Positions 20,521-29,002 of a DNA stretch of 64,000 bases are shown here, in pieces (the first letter of the stretch is position 1; each line of letters opens with the position of its first letter). The notes below the pieces were generated by a model. The model was given only the letters and a program-made list of their open reading frames with translations. It made no database searches and was not told where the DNA came from. The translations under genes were made by a program, and so were the position numbers. The stretch is from an uncultured Acidobacteriota bacterium. GTDB lineage: Bacteria; Acidobacteriota; Thermoanaerobaculia; UBA5066; DATFVB01. Location of the stretch: NCBI GenBank assembly GCA_963813155.1, contig CAWEYG010000002.1, forward strand, positions 352,001 through 416,000. The letters run 5' to 3'.

Positions 20521-21018
20521 ATGAACTCCGAACCTGAGCAACTCGATCTCGTCGTCGCCCGGATATTTAACGCGTCAGTCGAGCAGGCATGGAAGGCTTG
20601 GAGTGACCCCGATCTTGTGATGCGCTGGTGGGGACCAACGGGCTTTACTCGCCCCATCGCGAAGATGGATTTCCGTGACGGTGGAACCTCGCTGGTATGC
20701 ATGCGCGCGCCAAGAGAGTTTGGCGGCCAGGACATGTACAACACGTGGACGTACGAGAAGATTGTGCCCATGAGTCGATTCTTGTACACCCACCGCTTTT
20801 CCGACAAGGATGGCCACTCGATGGACCCGGCCAAACAGGGATTGTCGCCAGATATCCCGACAGAAATGCGCCATGAAGTCATATTCAAGATACTCGGCAA
20901 GGACAGGACCGAAGTCACAGTGATCGAACATAGCTGGACGGTTGGTCCAATGATGGAGATGTCGAAGACAGGACTGGAGCAGTGCTTGGACAAGATGGCT
21001 GCGCTCTTAGGACAATGA
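20521..21018 (+). CDS. SRPBCC/AHSA1 domain protein
   Basis: RIFNASVEQAWKAWSDPDLVMRWWGPTGF...MDFRDGG...GLEQCLDKM. Confidence 0.88.
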   Translation: MNSEPEQLDLVVARIFNASVEQAWKAWSDPDLVMRWWGPTGFTRPIAKMDFRDGGTSLVCMRAPREFGGQDMYNTWTYEKIVPMSRFLYTHRFSDKDGHSMDPAKQGLSPDIPTEMRHEVIFKILGKDRTEVTVIEHSWTVGPMMEMSKTGLEQCLDKMAALLGQ

Positions 21019-21115
21019 CGACGAGTCGGCCTTCGCTCAACGAGACCAGCGCCTGGAAGATGCTCAGAGCAACTCGGGGAGATATTCGGACGAGAACTGT
21101 CGGAGACGACGACAG

Positions 21116-21742
21116 TCAGTAGTACCCCCGGTGGTAGGTCAGTGCGAACACAATCGGCAGCGCGACGAAGATGCTCAGGGCGAGAGCCGGAGCGAGGAAC
21201 GCGCTTGCGATCCCCAGCAGCGCGACAATCAACTGGACCCCGAAACGCCGCACAATGTAGCGCCGTTGGCGGGCTGTCGGCTGTTCTGTGAGGTGAGAAT
21301 GGTCCGCGACGAACCACACTCCTGCCAGCGTCGAAGTACAAGCGGCGAGATTGGCGCCATAAATTGCGAGCGCTACCGGCGCGAGAGGGTAACGACCGAG
21401 GACCGCGGTCGAGAAGGGCAACACGGCAATCGTGAATAGACAGAGCATGTTCGCCCAGATCAGAGCGATCTTTACGCCGCGCAGCGAGGCGAAAATCAGG
21501 TGGTGGACGAGCCAGTAGTACGCAACGATTGCGAAGCTCAGCGCGAAGGTCCCGAGCCTCGGTGCAATCAGGACGAGCCCGTGCGCCAGTTGGGACACGC
21601 CGCCTTCAGGAGGTCGTACGTCCAGGACGAGGAGCGTCAGCGAAACCGCGAAGACGCCGTCGCTAATCCCTTCTGTCCGGTCGGTTCGATATCTCCGACC
21701 GGTTCTCAGTCTTTCCTCATTCGACGAACCATCGCCCCTCAT
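21116..21742 (-). CDS. TMEM175 family potassium channel (DUF1211)
   Basis: RTEGISDGVFAVSLTLLVLD...YWLVHH...LPFST. Confidence 0.85.
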   Translation of the reverse strand: MRGDGSSNEERLRTGRRYRTDRTEGISDGVFAVSLTLLVLDVRPPEGGVSQLAHGLVLIAPRLGTFALSFAIVAYYWLVHHLIFASLRGVKIALIWANMLCLFTIAVLPFSTAVLGRYPLAPVALAIYGANLAACTSTLAGVWFVADHSHLTEQPTARQRRYIVRRFGVQLIVALLGIASAFLAPALALSIFVALPIVFALTYHRGYY

Positions 21743-21870
21743 GAAATTCTCCCGACAGCTACTTTTCCGTACGCTCGCTCGCCAGCTACGACGATCACGA
21801 AATTACAAAGGCGGTGGTGGGTCCATTCGAACGCTGACACCGACTCGACTGCCCGGCGCGCATAGGCCAG

Positions 21871-21955
21871 CGACGAGAGGATCTCGCACGGGCCGAGACG
21901 GGTGCCGGAAGGTAAGCTCAAAAATTCTCCTGTGGCCGGAATTCTATCCTTCCCG
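21871..21955 (-). pseudogene. 5' remnant (about 17 codons plus promoter/RBS) of a Ser/Thr kinase gene
   Basis: MSLPSGTRLGPCEILSSL versus [18 protein letters not shown] at 6419; shared upstream TAGAAT...GCCACAGGAGAA...TTG. Confidence 0.75.
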
Positions 21956-22010
21956 CCAGGGCGATGAGGGTCGTGATATTAAGGCTTCCGCCCTTCCGGG
22001 GGCGACGACC

Positions 22011-22868
22011 GTGCAGCTACGAAGACTTCTCACCCGTTTGTACTGGAATCGTATTCACCAGACCCATGGGGTGGAGACGTGGATGCACGACCCTCTCGTG
22101 CGTCGATACATCAATGCTTCCCTGACGGGCAACCCGGACCAGTGGCCGATGGAGTGGTTTCGGACCGCGTTCGCCGCGAAGCCGTTTGAGCGGGGAATCA
22201 GTTTCGGCTCGGGGAATGGCGCGCTGGAACGCGATGTCCGAACGAAGGAAATCTGTCGATCGATCGTGGGTACGGACATCTCGCCGGCGGCGCTCGTCTC
22301 CGCCCGGGAGTCGGCTGCGAATTCCGGAATCGACGGTATCCGTTACGAGCGCATGGATTTCAACGATCTGCATCTGGCATCCAGATCGGTGGATATTGCG
22401 TTTTTTCATCAAGCACTCCATCACTGCGAACGTCTCGAAACGTGCCTCGACGAGGTTCACGACGCCCTCGAGCCGGGTGGAATTCTGTACCTCGACGAGT
22501 ACGTGGGCCCGTCGCGCGGCGATTGGCGAAAACCACTCCTGGCGCGCGCGGACGTTGTCTTTGGCTCTTTGCCGGGCTGGGTGCGGAGGCGGCGGCACCT
22601 TCAACTGCCGGTCGATTGGCGCGATCCCTCGGAGGCCATTCGTTCCTCCGAGATCCTTCCCGAGATTCGCCAACGCTTCGAGGTGCTCGAAGAGCGCGGT
22701 TACGGCGGCAACTTGCTGTCCGTGATTTTTCCGCATCTCAACCTGACCGCCGGGAGCCCGGCGGACGCGGCAGGAATCGTCCGCTTCCTGATCGAGGAGG
22801 AGAAGCGAGAGCTTGCAGGCGGCGCGCCTCCCTTCAGCGTCGTGGTGATCGCCCGGAATCATCGTTAA
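22011..22868 (+). CDS. Class I SAM-dependent methyltransferase
   Basis: ISFGSGNG, GTDIS, DFN, ALHH...L.PGG.LYLDEYVGP; probable GTG start at 22011. Confidence 0.85.
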   Translation: MQLRRLLTRLYWNRIHQTHGVETWMHDPLVRRYINASLTGNPDQWPMEWFRTAFAAKPFERGISFGSGNGALERDVRTKEICRSIVGTDISPAALVSARESAANSGIDGIRYERMDFNDLHLASRSVDIAFFHQALHHCERLETCLDEVHDALEPGGILYLDEYVGPSRGDWRKPLLARADVVFGSLPGWVRRRRHLQLPVDWRDPSEAIRSSEILPEIRQRFEVLEERGYGGNLLSVIFPHLNLTAGSPADAAGIVRFLIEEEKRELAGGAPPFSVVVIARNHR

Positions 22869-23472
22869 CCTGGCCGTTCCGGCTCAGAGTTCTCTCGTAC
22901 AGCTCGTCGATCCAGCCGTGCAGGGCCCAGAAGTGCACGTTGTGCGGCGACGTCTCGGGCGACCCCATCCCCGCGCCTTCGAGCCCCGGGTGATCCGCGC
23001 CGAATCGGTGCCGCTCGTAGATCGCGATCATCGTGTGCGAGACGTCGTGGAGACCTCGAAACGGATGCTCCGCCGTGGGCGGCGATTCCAGGAAGCGGCC
23101 GAGCTCGTCCGACGTGCCCGATCGGACGATGTCCTGAAGCCGGCCGAGCGCGCCCGCGAGATATCCGGGCTGGGCCCAGGAGAAGAACTGCGACAGCCAG
23201 TACGGGACCTCGCGCCACGGGCGAAGGGAGACTTCCGCTGTGCCCGACTCGCGGACCATCGGCTCGAAGGCTCTCATCAGCACACGGTGGTACTCGAGGA
23301 ATTGCGCGCCGCTGCCCGGCTCGCCCGGCGCGACCAGGTCCGGGAACTCCGACTCGAAAACGCGGAGGCGCCGCCCTTCCGGCCTCCGCGCCGCGTGCCA
23401 CCTCCCGTGCGAGGCGGACAGCGGCTTCACCGCAAGGTCGAGCGGGTCCGGAAGTCTCACTATCGTTCCCAT
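22834..23472 (-). CDS. Minimal type-3 dicopper protein (tyrosinase/hemocyanin fold)
   Basis: CuA-like HGRWH...FLEYHR; CuB-like LHDVSH...MGSPETSPHNVHFWALHGWIDELY. Confidence 0.75.
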   Translation of the reverse strand: MGTIVRLPDPLDLAVKPLSASHGRWHAARRPEGRRLRVFESEFPDLVAPGEPGSGAQFLEYHRVLMRAFEPMVRESGTAEVSLRPWREVPYWLSQFFSWAQPGYLAGALGRLQDIVRSGTSDELGRFLESPPTAEHPFRGLHDVSHTMIAIYERHRFGADHPGLEGAGMGSPETSPHNVHFWALHGWIDELYERTLSRNGQVNDDSGRSPRR

Positions 23473-23483
23473 CGCGCGGGCGC

Positions 23484-23516
23484 AAAAAAAGGGACACGTT
23501 TTTTTCGACGTGTCCC
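23484..23516 (-). terminator. Rho-independent terminator after the small peptide gene
   Basis: Minus strand GGGACACGT-loop-ACGTGTCCC followed by T7. Confidence 0.85.
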
Positions 23517-23551
23517 GAAAATCGAGTTAACCCTTCGAGACGGGCGAGTTC

Positions 23552-23767
23552 TTAGCTTCCGGCGATGACGGTCGAGGGTGGCGGCGGAAGGTCGTGCTGG
23601 CCGGTCTCAATCTGGTTTCCCCGCAGGATCGACCGGATTTGCGCCAGGAAATGTGCGATCGGGGAGACGCCGGGGGCCGTGGGACGCGGGACGGGCTTGT
23701 GGGGAACGGCGAAAAGCTGGACCGAGACGAGCAGCGACAGGGAAAACGCGAGAAGAACTTTTCTCAT
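23552..23767 (-). CDS. 71-aa secreted propeptide, candidate signalling peptide
   Basis: Strong RBS AAGGAGG; signal peptide MRKVLLAFSLSLLVSVQLFA; Pro-rich stretch, amphipathic helix and HDLPPPP tail; followed by a terminator. Confidence 0.8.
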   Translation of the reverse strand: MRKVLLAFSLSLLVSVQLFAVPHKPVPRPTAPGVSPIAHFLAQIRSILRGNQIETGQHDLPPPPSTVIAGS

Positions 23768-23843
23768 GGTTTTCCTCCTTTGCCCTGCTCATCGCGGGCC
23801 GGAGGAAAACGGGACAGCCGGAGCGGCTATTTCGGGATGGAGC

Positions 23844-25181
23844 TCAGGCGGCGGACCAGCGTTGCGTCTCGTCTTTCTTGAAACGATCCAGGAAACGGCT
23901 CACCTTTTCGAGGCGCGAGAGACTCAGATCCGCCTCCGTCAGGTATTCGACCGCGCGAGCGGCTTCGGCGGAGAGCCCGAGCTCGTGAATTCGGGGAAGG
24001 ATCTTCTTACAGGTCTCGACGGCCTCTGCCTCGCGCTCGAGATGAAGGAGCGCTTCCGCGATCCGGAGCTCGATCCGAATCTCATCCCAGCCGAGATTCC
24101 GGGACCGATAATCCGCGCGCAGCTGGACGCCGATATCGTAGACGTCCTGGTGGCGATCCTCGAGCCGAGCGACTTCGACGAGACCTGCGCGAATGCTCAC
24201 CAGTTTTCTGTGATCACCCGTCCGTCGAATGATCTCCGCAGCCCTCGCATAGTGACGCTTGGCGTCTGTCAGGCGATTCACCTGGATCAGGTCGCTGCCG
24301 AGATTCAAATGAATGGTTCCCAGGAGCCGCGTGTCCAAGTCCGCTTCGCCGCGCGCGAGGAGATCCTCGTAAATCCGAATCGCATCCAGCCTCCTTTCAA
24401 GGTCGGCGAAAATCACCGCCCGAACGATCCGGCAGCGGGCCTGGCGCGGAAAGTCCTCGAGAAGGCCCTGGAGTCTCTCCGCCACGTCGAGGGCCGCCAG
24501 GGCGGCGTCCGCGCGGCCGAGATCCCTCAGGGCGAGCGCGCTCACGTAGCTCCAGAACGCGAGATCGTCCTCCGGAACGCGGCTGAGCGTTTCGATCACG
24601 GACCGGGCCTTTTCAAGCTCTTCGAGAGCCCGCTCCGACTCCCCTTCGGAGAACAGGGCGTAGGCCACGACCGTCCGCAGCACGCCTTCGAGCCCGTCTG
24701 CGCCGAGAGTTTCGCGGTCGGGCGCTTTTTCGAACGAGGAAAGGGCCGATCGGGCGATTCGGCCCGCCAGGGGAACGTCCCGCCGCAGGAGCTCGCGAAC
24801 GAGAGCGCGCGCCGCCTCGTAGGACGGCGGCGACCAGGAGAAGCCCTCGCGGACGGGAGACGAGAACGCTTCGACGATTTCCGCGCGCGTCTCTTTCCGG
24901 CCCGGCGCGATTGCGTCTGCCCGTTCTCGCGCCCGGCGCGCGATCGCGTCGAAATCGACGGAGTCTCCGGCCGCGTCCGGCCGATTGTCGCCGGCCTCGA
25001 CGAGGCCTCGCGCGAACGGCAGCGCGGCGGCGAGCTGCCGAATCGATTCGAGCCGGAGGCGGCAATCCTTGCACTCGGAAAGGTGATGCTGCATCTCGCC
25101 GGCGAGAGCCCGGTCGGCTTCGCCCTGCGCGTAATCGAGCCAGTCCAGCTCTTCGAAATGCCGCCGCGGCGTTGCGTTCAT
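23844..25181 (-). CDS. Soluble zf-HC2 (ZAS) anti-sigma domain fused to a TPR-like helical array
   Basis: N-terminal H...HLSECKDC; Ala/Leu-rich TPR-like helices; no TM segment; ATGA overlap with the sigma gene stop. Confidence 0.8.
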   Translation of the reverse strand: MNATPRRHFEELDWLDYAQGEADRALAGEMQHHLSECKDCRLRLESIRQLAAALPFARGLVEAGDNRPDAAGDSVDFDAIARRARERADAIAPGRKETRAEIVEAFSSPVREGFSWSPPSYEAARALVRELLRRDVPLAGRIARSALSSFEKAPDRETLGADGLEGVLRTVVAYALFSEGESERALEELEKARSVIETLSRVPEDDLAFWSYVSALALRDLGRADAALAALDVAERLQGLLEDFPRQARCRIVRAVIFADLERRLDAIRIYEDLLARGEADLDTRLLGTIHLNLGSDLIQVNRLTDAKRHYARAAEIIRRTGDHRKLVSIRAGLVEVARLEDRHQDVYDIGVQLRADYRSRNLGWDEIRIELRIAEALLHLEREAEAVETCKKILPRIHELGLSAEAARAVEYLTEADLSLSRLEKVSRFLDRFKKDETQRWSAA

Positions 25182-25714
25182 GTGGCTTCCCCGAGGCTGC
25201 GACGAAGCCGGCCGAGGCAGCGGCTGATCATTCGCTTCAGGCTGTCGGGCTTGTAGCCCATCGTCTCGGCGAGGTCGGAGGTGCGCCGGTTCCTCCAGAA
25301 CCTCGAAGCGAGGACCTGCCGACAGTTTTCCGACAGGGAGGGCCATGTCTGCGCGAGCCGAAGCCCCGCCGCGACGGGCTCCGCCTCGGGAGCGCACTCC
25401 ACGGGATAGGCGCAATCCTCTTCGCGCAGCTCGTCGAGCGCGACTTCCTTCGCGCCGGAACGGTAGCGGTTTCTCCAGTAGTCCAGGCAGCGGCGGCGCG
25501 CGATGACGACCATGAGGCCGCCCGTCGCGCGGCCGCCCCGGCGCGACTGCACGAGGAAGTCGACGGCAGCCTGCTGGAGGACGTCGTCCACGTCTTGCGC
25601 CGGGATTCGGAATCCGAATTGGGCAATCTTTCTCGCGGCGGGCAGAACGGCCCGCAACACGTCTTCATCCGACTCCCGAACCGGCGGAGCTGCCGCGGAC
25701 AATTCCTGCGCCAA
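25178..25714 (-). CDS. ECF (sigma70 group 4) sigma factor
   Basis: Region 2 DVDDVLQQ...IARRRCLDYWR; region 4 LSENCRQVL...LAETMG...SLKRMISRCLGRLR; TATAAT at 25724-25729 just before the probable TTG start. Confidence 0.87.
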   Translation of the reverse strand: MAQELSAAAPPVRESDEDVLRAVLPAARKIAQFGFRIPAQDVDDVLQQAAVDFLVQSRRGGRATGGLMVVIARRRCLDYWRNRYRSGAKEVALDELREEDCAYPVECAPEAEPVAAGLRLAQTWPSLSENCRQVLASRFWRNRRTSDLAETMGYKPDSLKRMISRCLGRLRRSLGEAT

Positions 25715-25754
25715 GTTGAGAGCATTATACGACCCCGGGAAGGCCCGATTCGTT

Positions 25755-26432
25755 ATGCTCCCGGAGGTGGGAGCGGACGTCCTCTTCGATAACGTCACGA
25801 AAATCTACGGCGGAGCGCGCGGCACGATGGCGCTCGACGCCGTCGATCTCCGGATCCGCGAAGCCGAATTCGTCGCGATCGTCGGGCCCTCCGGCTGCGG
25901 CAAGTCGACGCTGCTGCACCTTGCCGGAGGAATCGACACCGCGACCACGGGCCGGGTCGAGGTCGCGGGAAGCAACCTCGCGCTCCTGCCCGAGCGGGAG
26001 CTGACGCTCTACCGCCGCCGCAGCGTCGGAACGGTGTTTCAATTCTTCAATCTCCTGCCCGCGCTGACCGCTCTCGAGAACGTGGAGTTGCCGCTGGCGC
26101 TCGACGACTCGCCGGAAGCGCCGGTCCGGGCGCGCGAGCTGCTCGCCCGGGTCGGCCTTTCCGACCGGGAGCGCGCCTACCCTTACGAGCTCTCGGGCGG
26201 ACAGCTGCAGCGGGTCGCGGTGGCGCGCGCCCTGTCGGCGAGGCCGGCGCTCCTGCTCGCCGACGAACCAACCGGCAATCTCGACTCGGCGGCCGGCACC
26301 TCGGTGCTGGATTTGATCGACACGCTTCGGCGGGAAGAAGGGGTCACGGTCCTGCTCGCCACGCACTCTTCGGAGGCCGCCGCGCGCGCAAACCGGATCG
26401 TCCGTCTCCGCGATGGAAAGATCGTCCCGTGA
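25755..26432 (+). CDS. ABC transporter ATP-binding protein
   Basis: GPSGCGKST, LSGGQLQR, LLLADEPTGNLD. Confidence 0.92.
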   Translation: MLPEVGADVLFDNVTKIYGGARGTMALDAVDLRIREAEFVAIVGPSGCGKSTLLHLAGGIDTATTGRVEVAGSNLALLPERELTLYRRRSVGTVFQFFNLLPALTALENVELPLALDDSPEAPVRARELLARVGLSDRERAYPYELSGGQLQRVAVARALSARPALLLADEPTGNLDSAAGTSVLDLIDTLRREEGVTVLLATHSSEAAARANRIVRLRDGKIVP

Positions 26433-29002
26433 GGCGGCGGCAAGCTCCGGGGACCCTCCTCTTCGCGGGCCTCGTCCTTCGCCCCGCGCGGCGGGACCCC
26501 TTTCGAGTTCTCCTCTCGATCGCCGGAGTCGCGATCGGCGTCGCCGCCGTGGGCTCGATCCACCGCGCGAACGAAAGCATCGTGGCCTCGTTCCGAGGCG
26601 CGGTCGAGTCCGTTTCGGGTAAGGCCCGGCTCACCGTGCGGGGGGTCGGCGGGCTGCCGGACGAAACGGCGGCGAAGCTTCGCTGGGTGTGGGAGATCGG
26701 GTCCTTCGCGCCGGCGATCGATCGTTTCGCGGTCGCGGCAGACGGCACGGACGAGCCGGTCGAAATCTTCGGCGTCGACCCGACGAGCGAGGCCTCTCTG
26801 CGCTCGTACCGGATTCTCACCCCGAAGACCGGACTCGAAAAGATCTTCGATAAGGACGCGGCGCTCGCGCCTCTCCCCTTCGTCGAGCGCCACCGTACCC
26901 GCCTCGGCGACGAACTTCCGCTGTTTGTCAACGGGCGAAAGAAAACGCTCGTGCTGGCCGGGATTCTCGAATTCACGGGGCCCGCGCGAGCCTCGGGGGG
27001 ACAGGTCCTGGTCACGGGCCTGCGAACGGCGCAGGAGCTCTTCGCGCTGCCGGGCCGCGTCGATCGAATCGACATCGCGTTTCCCGATTCGGTCCCCTTC
27101 GATTCCGTCCGGGCGCGGGTTTCCGGCTCTCTGCCGCCCGGCGCCCGCGTCGAGCGGCCCGAGGCTCGAAGCGAAACCGCCGACAAGATGACGCGGGCGT
27201 TTCGCTTCAATCTCGCGGCCCTCGGGTCGATCGCGCTGCTGGTCGGAATGTTCCTGATCTACAACACGCTTTCGATCTCGGTCTTGCGCCGGCGCCCCGA
27301 GATCGGAACGCTCCGGGCGCTCGGCGCTTCGCGGCGAGCGATTTTTCAGGCTTTCGTGACCGAAGGGCTCGCGATCGGCATCGCGGGGACCGCCGCCGGC
27401 GAGGCGCTCGGTTTCGCGCTGTCGAAGGCGGCGATGGCCGCGGTCGGGGGAACCGTCGTCAACATCTACCAGCCGACGGCATCGCTCGCCCTCTCGCAGT
27501 CGGCCGAACCCTTCGCGACGGCCGCCGCCGTGGGACTCCTCGCTTCCCTCGCCGCCTCCCTCGCGCCGGCCGCCGAAGCGGCGAGCATCGCGCCCGCGAC
27601 CACCATGCGAGCCGGTTCCGTCGAATCGGGCCGACGGCTTCGGGCGCCGAGGCTCGCCTCGGCGGCGTTCGCGCTGCTCCTCGCGGGACTCGGGGCCGCG
27701 TTCGCTCCGCCCGTCGCGGGATTTCCGGCGTTCGGATTCGGGGCCATGGCCTGCGCCGTCGCGGCGCTCGCGTTGATTTCCCCGGCGGCGGCCCTCGCGG
27801 TCGAACGCGGCGTGCGAGACCCCGCCCGCCGGGTCTTTCGCGCGCCCGGCCGCCTCGCCTGCGCGTTCTTTTCCGGCAACGTCTCGCGAAACGCCGTGGC
27901 GATCGCCGCGCTCTCCCTCGCCCTCGGCATGGCGGCCGCGATGGCGGTCATGATCTCGTCGCTGCGGGAGACCGTGCGGACCTGGGTGAGCCAGAGCGCG
28001 GCCTCCGATCTCTTCCTGAAATCGGCGACGGGAAGCCGCCGGGGGCTCATCGGCACGATCCCGGGCGAGGCGGCGGACTTCCTTCGAGGCATCCCCGGCG
28101 TCGCTCTCGTCGATCCCTTTCGCGCGATCGACGTCGCCGACGAGAGCGGCGCTCCTTTCACGATCGGCTCGGGAGATTTTGGAATCGGCACGAAAACGGG
28201 GGGACTGCCGTTCTTTTCCCGGCGCGACCCGGCGGCCGTTCTTTCCCTCGCGCGCGCCCGCGGCGAAGTCTTCGTCTCGGAACCGTTCGCGCGGCGCTTC
28301 CGAAAATGGCCGGGCGACCGGGTCTCGATCCCGACTCCCCGGGGACCGAGGACGTTTCCCATCGCGGACGTCTATTCCGACTTCTCCAACGATCGGGGCA
28401 CCGTGGTGCTCGACCGGCCCCTGTTTCTTTCCCTGTTCCACGACCCCTCGCTCACGACGATCGGCATCACGGCGGCCCCCGGGGTTTCCCCCGAGCGGCT
28501 TCGCGACCAGATCCTCGCGGCAGCCGCAGGGAAATTCGCCTTCACGATCCTGACGAACCGCACGCTCCGTTCGGAGGTGCTGCGCATCTTCGACGCGACT
28601 TTTGCCGTGACGTACGGCCTCGAGGGCATCGCCCTGATCGTCGCGGTCCTCGGCGTCGTAAACGCGTTGTTTTCGCTCATCCTCGAGCGGCGCCGCGACC
28701 TCGGCCTCCTGCGCGTCCTCGGCGCTTCGCCGCGACAGCTTCGGCGGTCGATCGCTCTCGAGGCCGGACTGATCGGCGGCTGTTCGCTGCTGCTCGCGAT
28801 GTTCGCGGCCTCGGCGTTCGCCGCGCTCCTGATTCTCGTGATCAACCGCCAGTCGTTCGGATGGACGATCCGGACGAAGATCCCTTGGATCGAGCTCGCG
28901 GTCGCGTTCGCGCTCGTCCAGCTCGTCACGCTCGTTGCGAGCATCGGCCCCGGCCGACTCGCGGCGGCGGTCGATCCCGCGCAGGCGCTGAGGGAAGAGT
29001 GA
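26429..29002 (+). CDS. ABC permease with two FtsX domains (AttF/G-like)
   Basis: FRFNLAALGSIALLVGMFLIYN...RRPEIGTLRALG; INRQSFGWT. Confidence 0.88.
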   Translation: MRRRQAPGTLLFAGLVLRPARRDPFRVLLSIAGVAIGVAAVGSIHRANESIVASFRGAVESVSGKARLTVRGVGGLPDETAAKLRWVWEIGSFAPAIDRFAVAADGTDEPVEIFGVDPTSEASLRSYRILTPKTGLEKIFDKDAALAPLPFVERHRTRLGDELPLFVNGRKKTLVLAGILEFTGPARASGGQVLVTGLRTAQELFALPGRVDRIDIAFPDSVPFDSVRARVSGSLPPGARVERPEARSETADKMTRAFRFNLAALGSIALLVGMFLIYNTLSISVLRRRPEIGTLRALGASRRAIFQAFVTEGLAIGIAGTAAGEALGFALSKAAMAAVGGTVVNIYQPTASLALSQSAEPFATAAAVGLLASLAASLAPAAEAASIAPATTMRAGSVESGRRLRAPRLASAAFALLLAGLGAAFAPPVAGFPAFGFGAMACAVAALALISPAAALAVERGVRDPARRVFRAPGRLACAFFSGNVSRNAVAIAALSLALGMAAAMAVMISSLRETVRTWVSQSAASDLFLKSATGSRRGLIGTIPGEAADFLRGIPGVALVDPFRAIDVADESGAPFTIGSGDFGIGTKTGGLPFFSRRDPAAVLSLARARGEVFVSEPFARRFRKWPGDRVSIPTPRGPRTFPIADVYSDFSNDRGTVVLDRPLFLSLFHDPSLTTIGITAAPGVSPERLRDQILAAAAGKFAFTILTNRTLRSEVLRIFDATFAVTYGLEGIALIVAVLGVVNALFSLILERRRDLGLLRVLGASPRQLRRSIALEAGLIGGCSLLLAMFAASAFAALLILVINRQSFGWTIRTKIPWIELAVAFALVQLVTLVASIGPGRLAAAVDPAQALREE

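Noticed and set aside
22011-23767. Peptide + tyrosinase-like enzyme + methyltransferase as a RiPP cluster
   Set aside because: The peptide has a Sec signal and no Tyr, Trp or Cys. A terminator separates it from the oxidase, and the methyltransferase is convergent.
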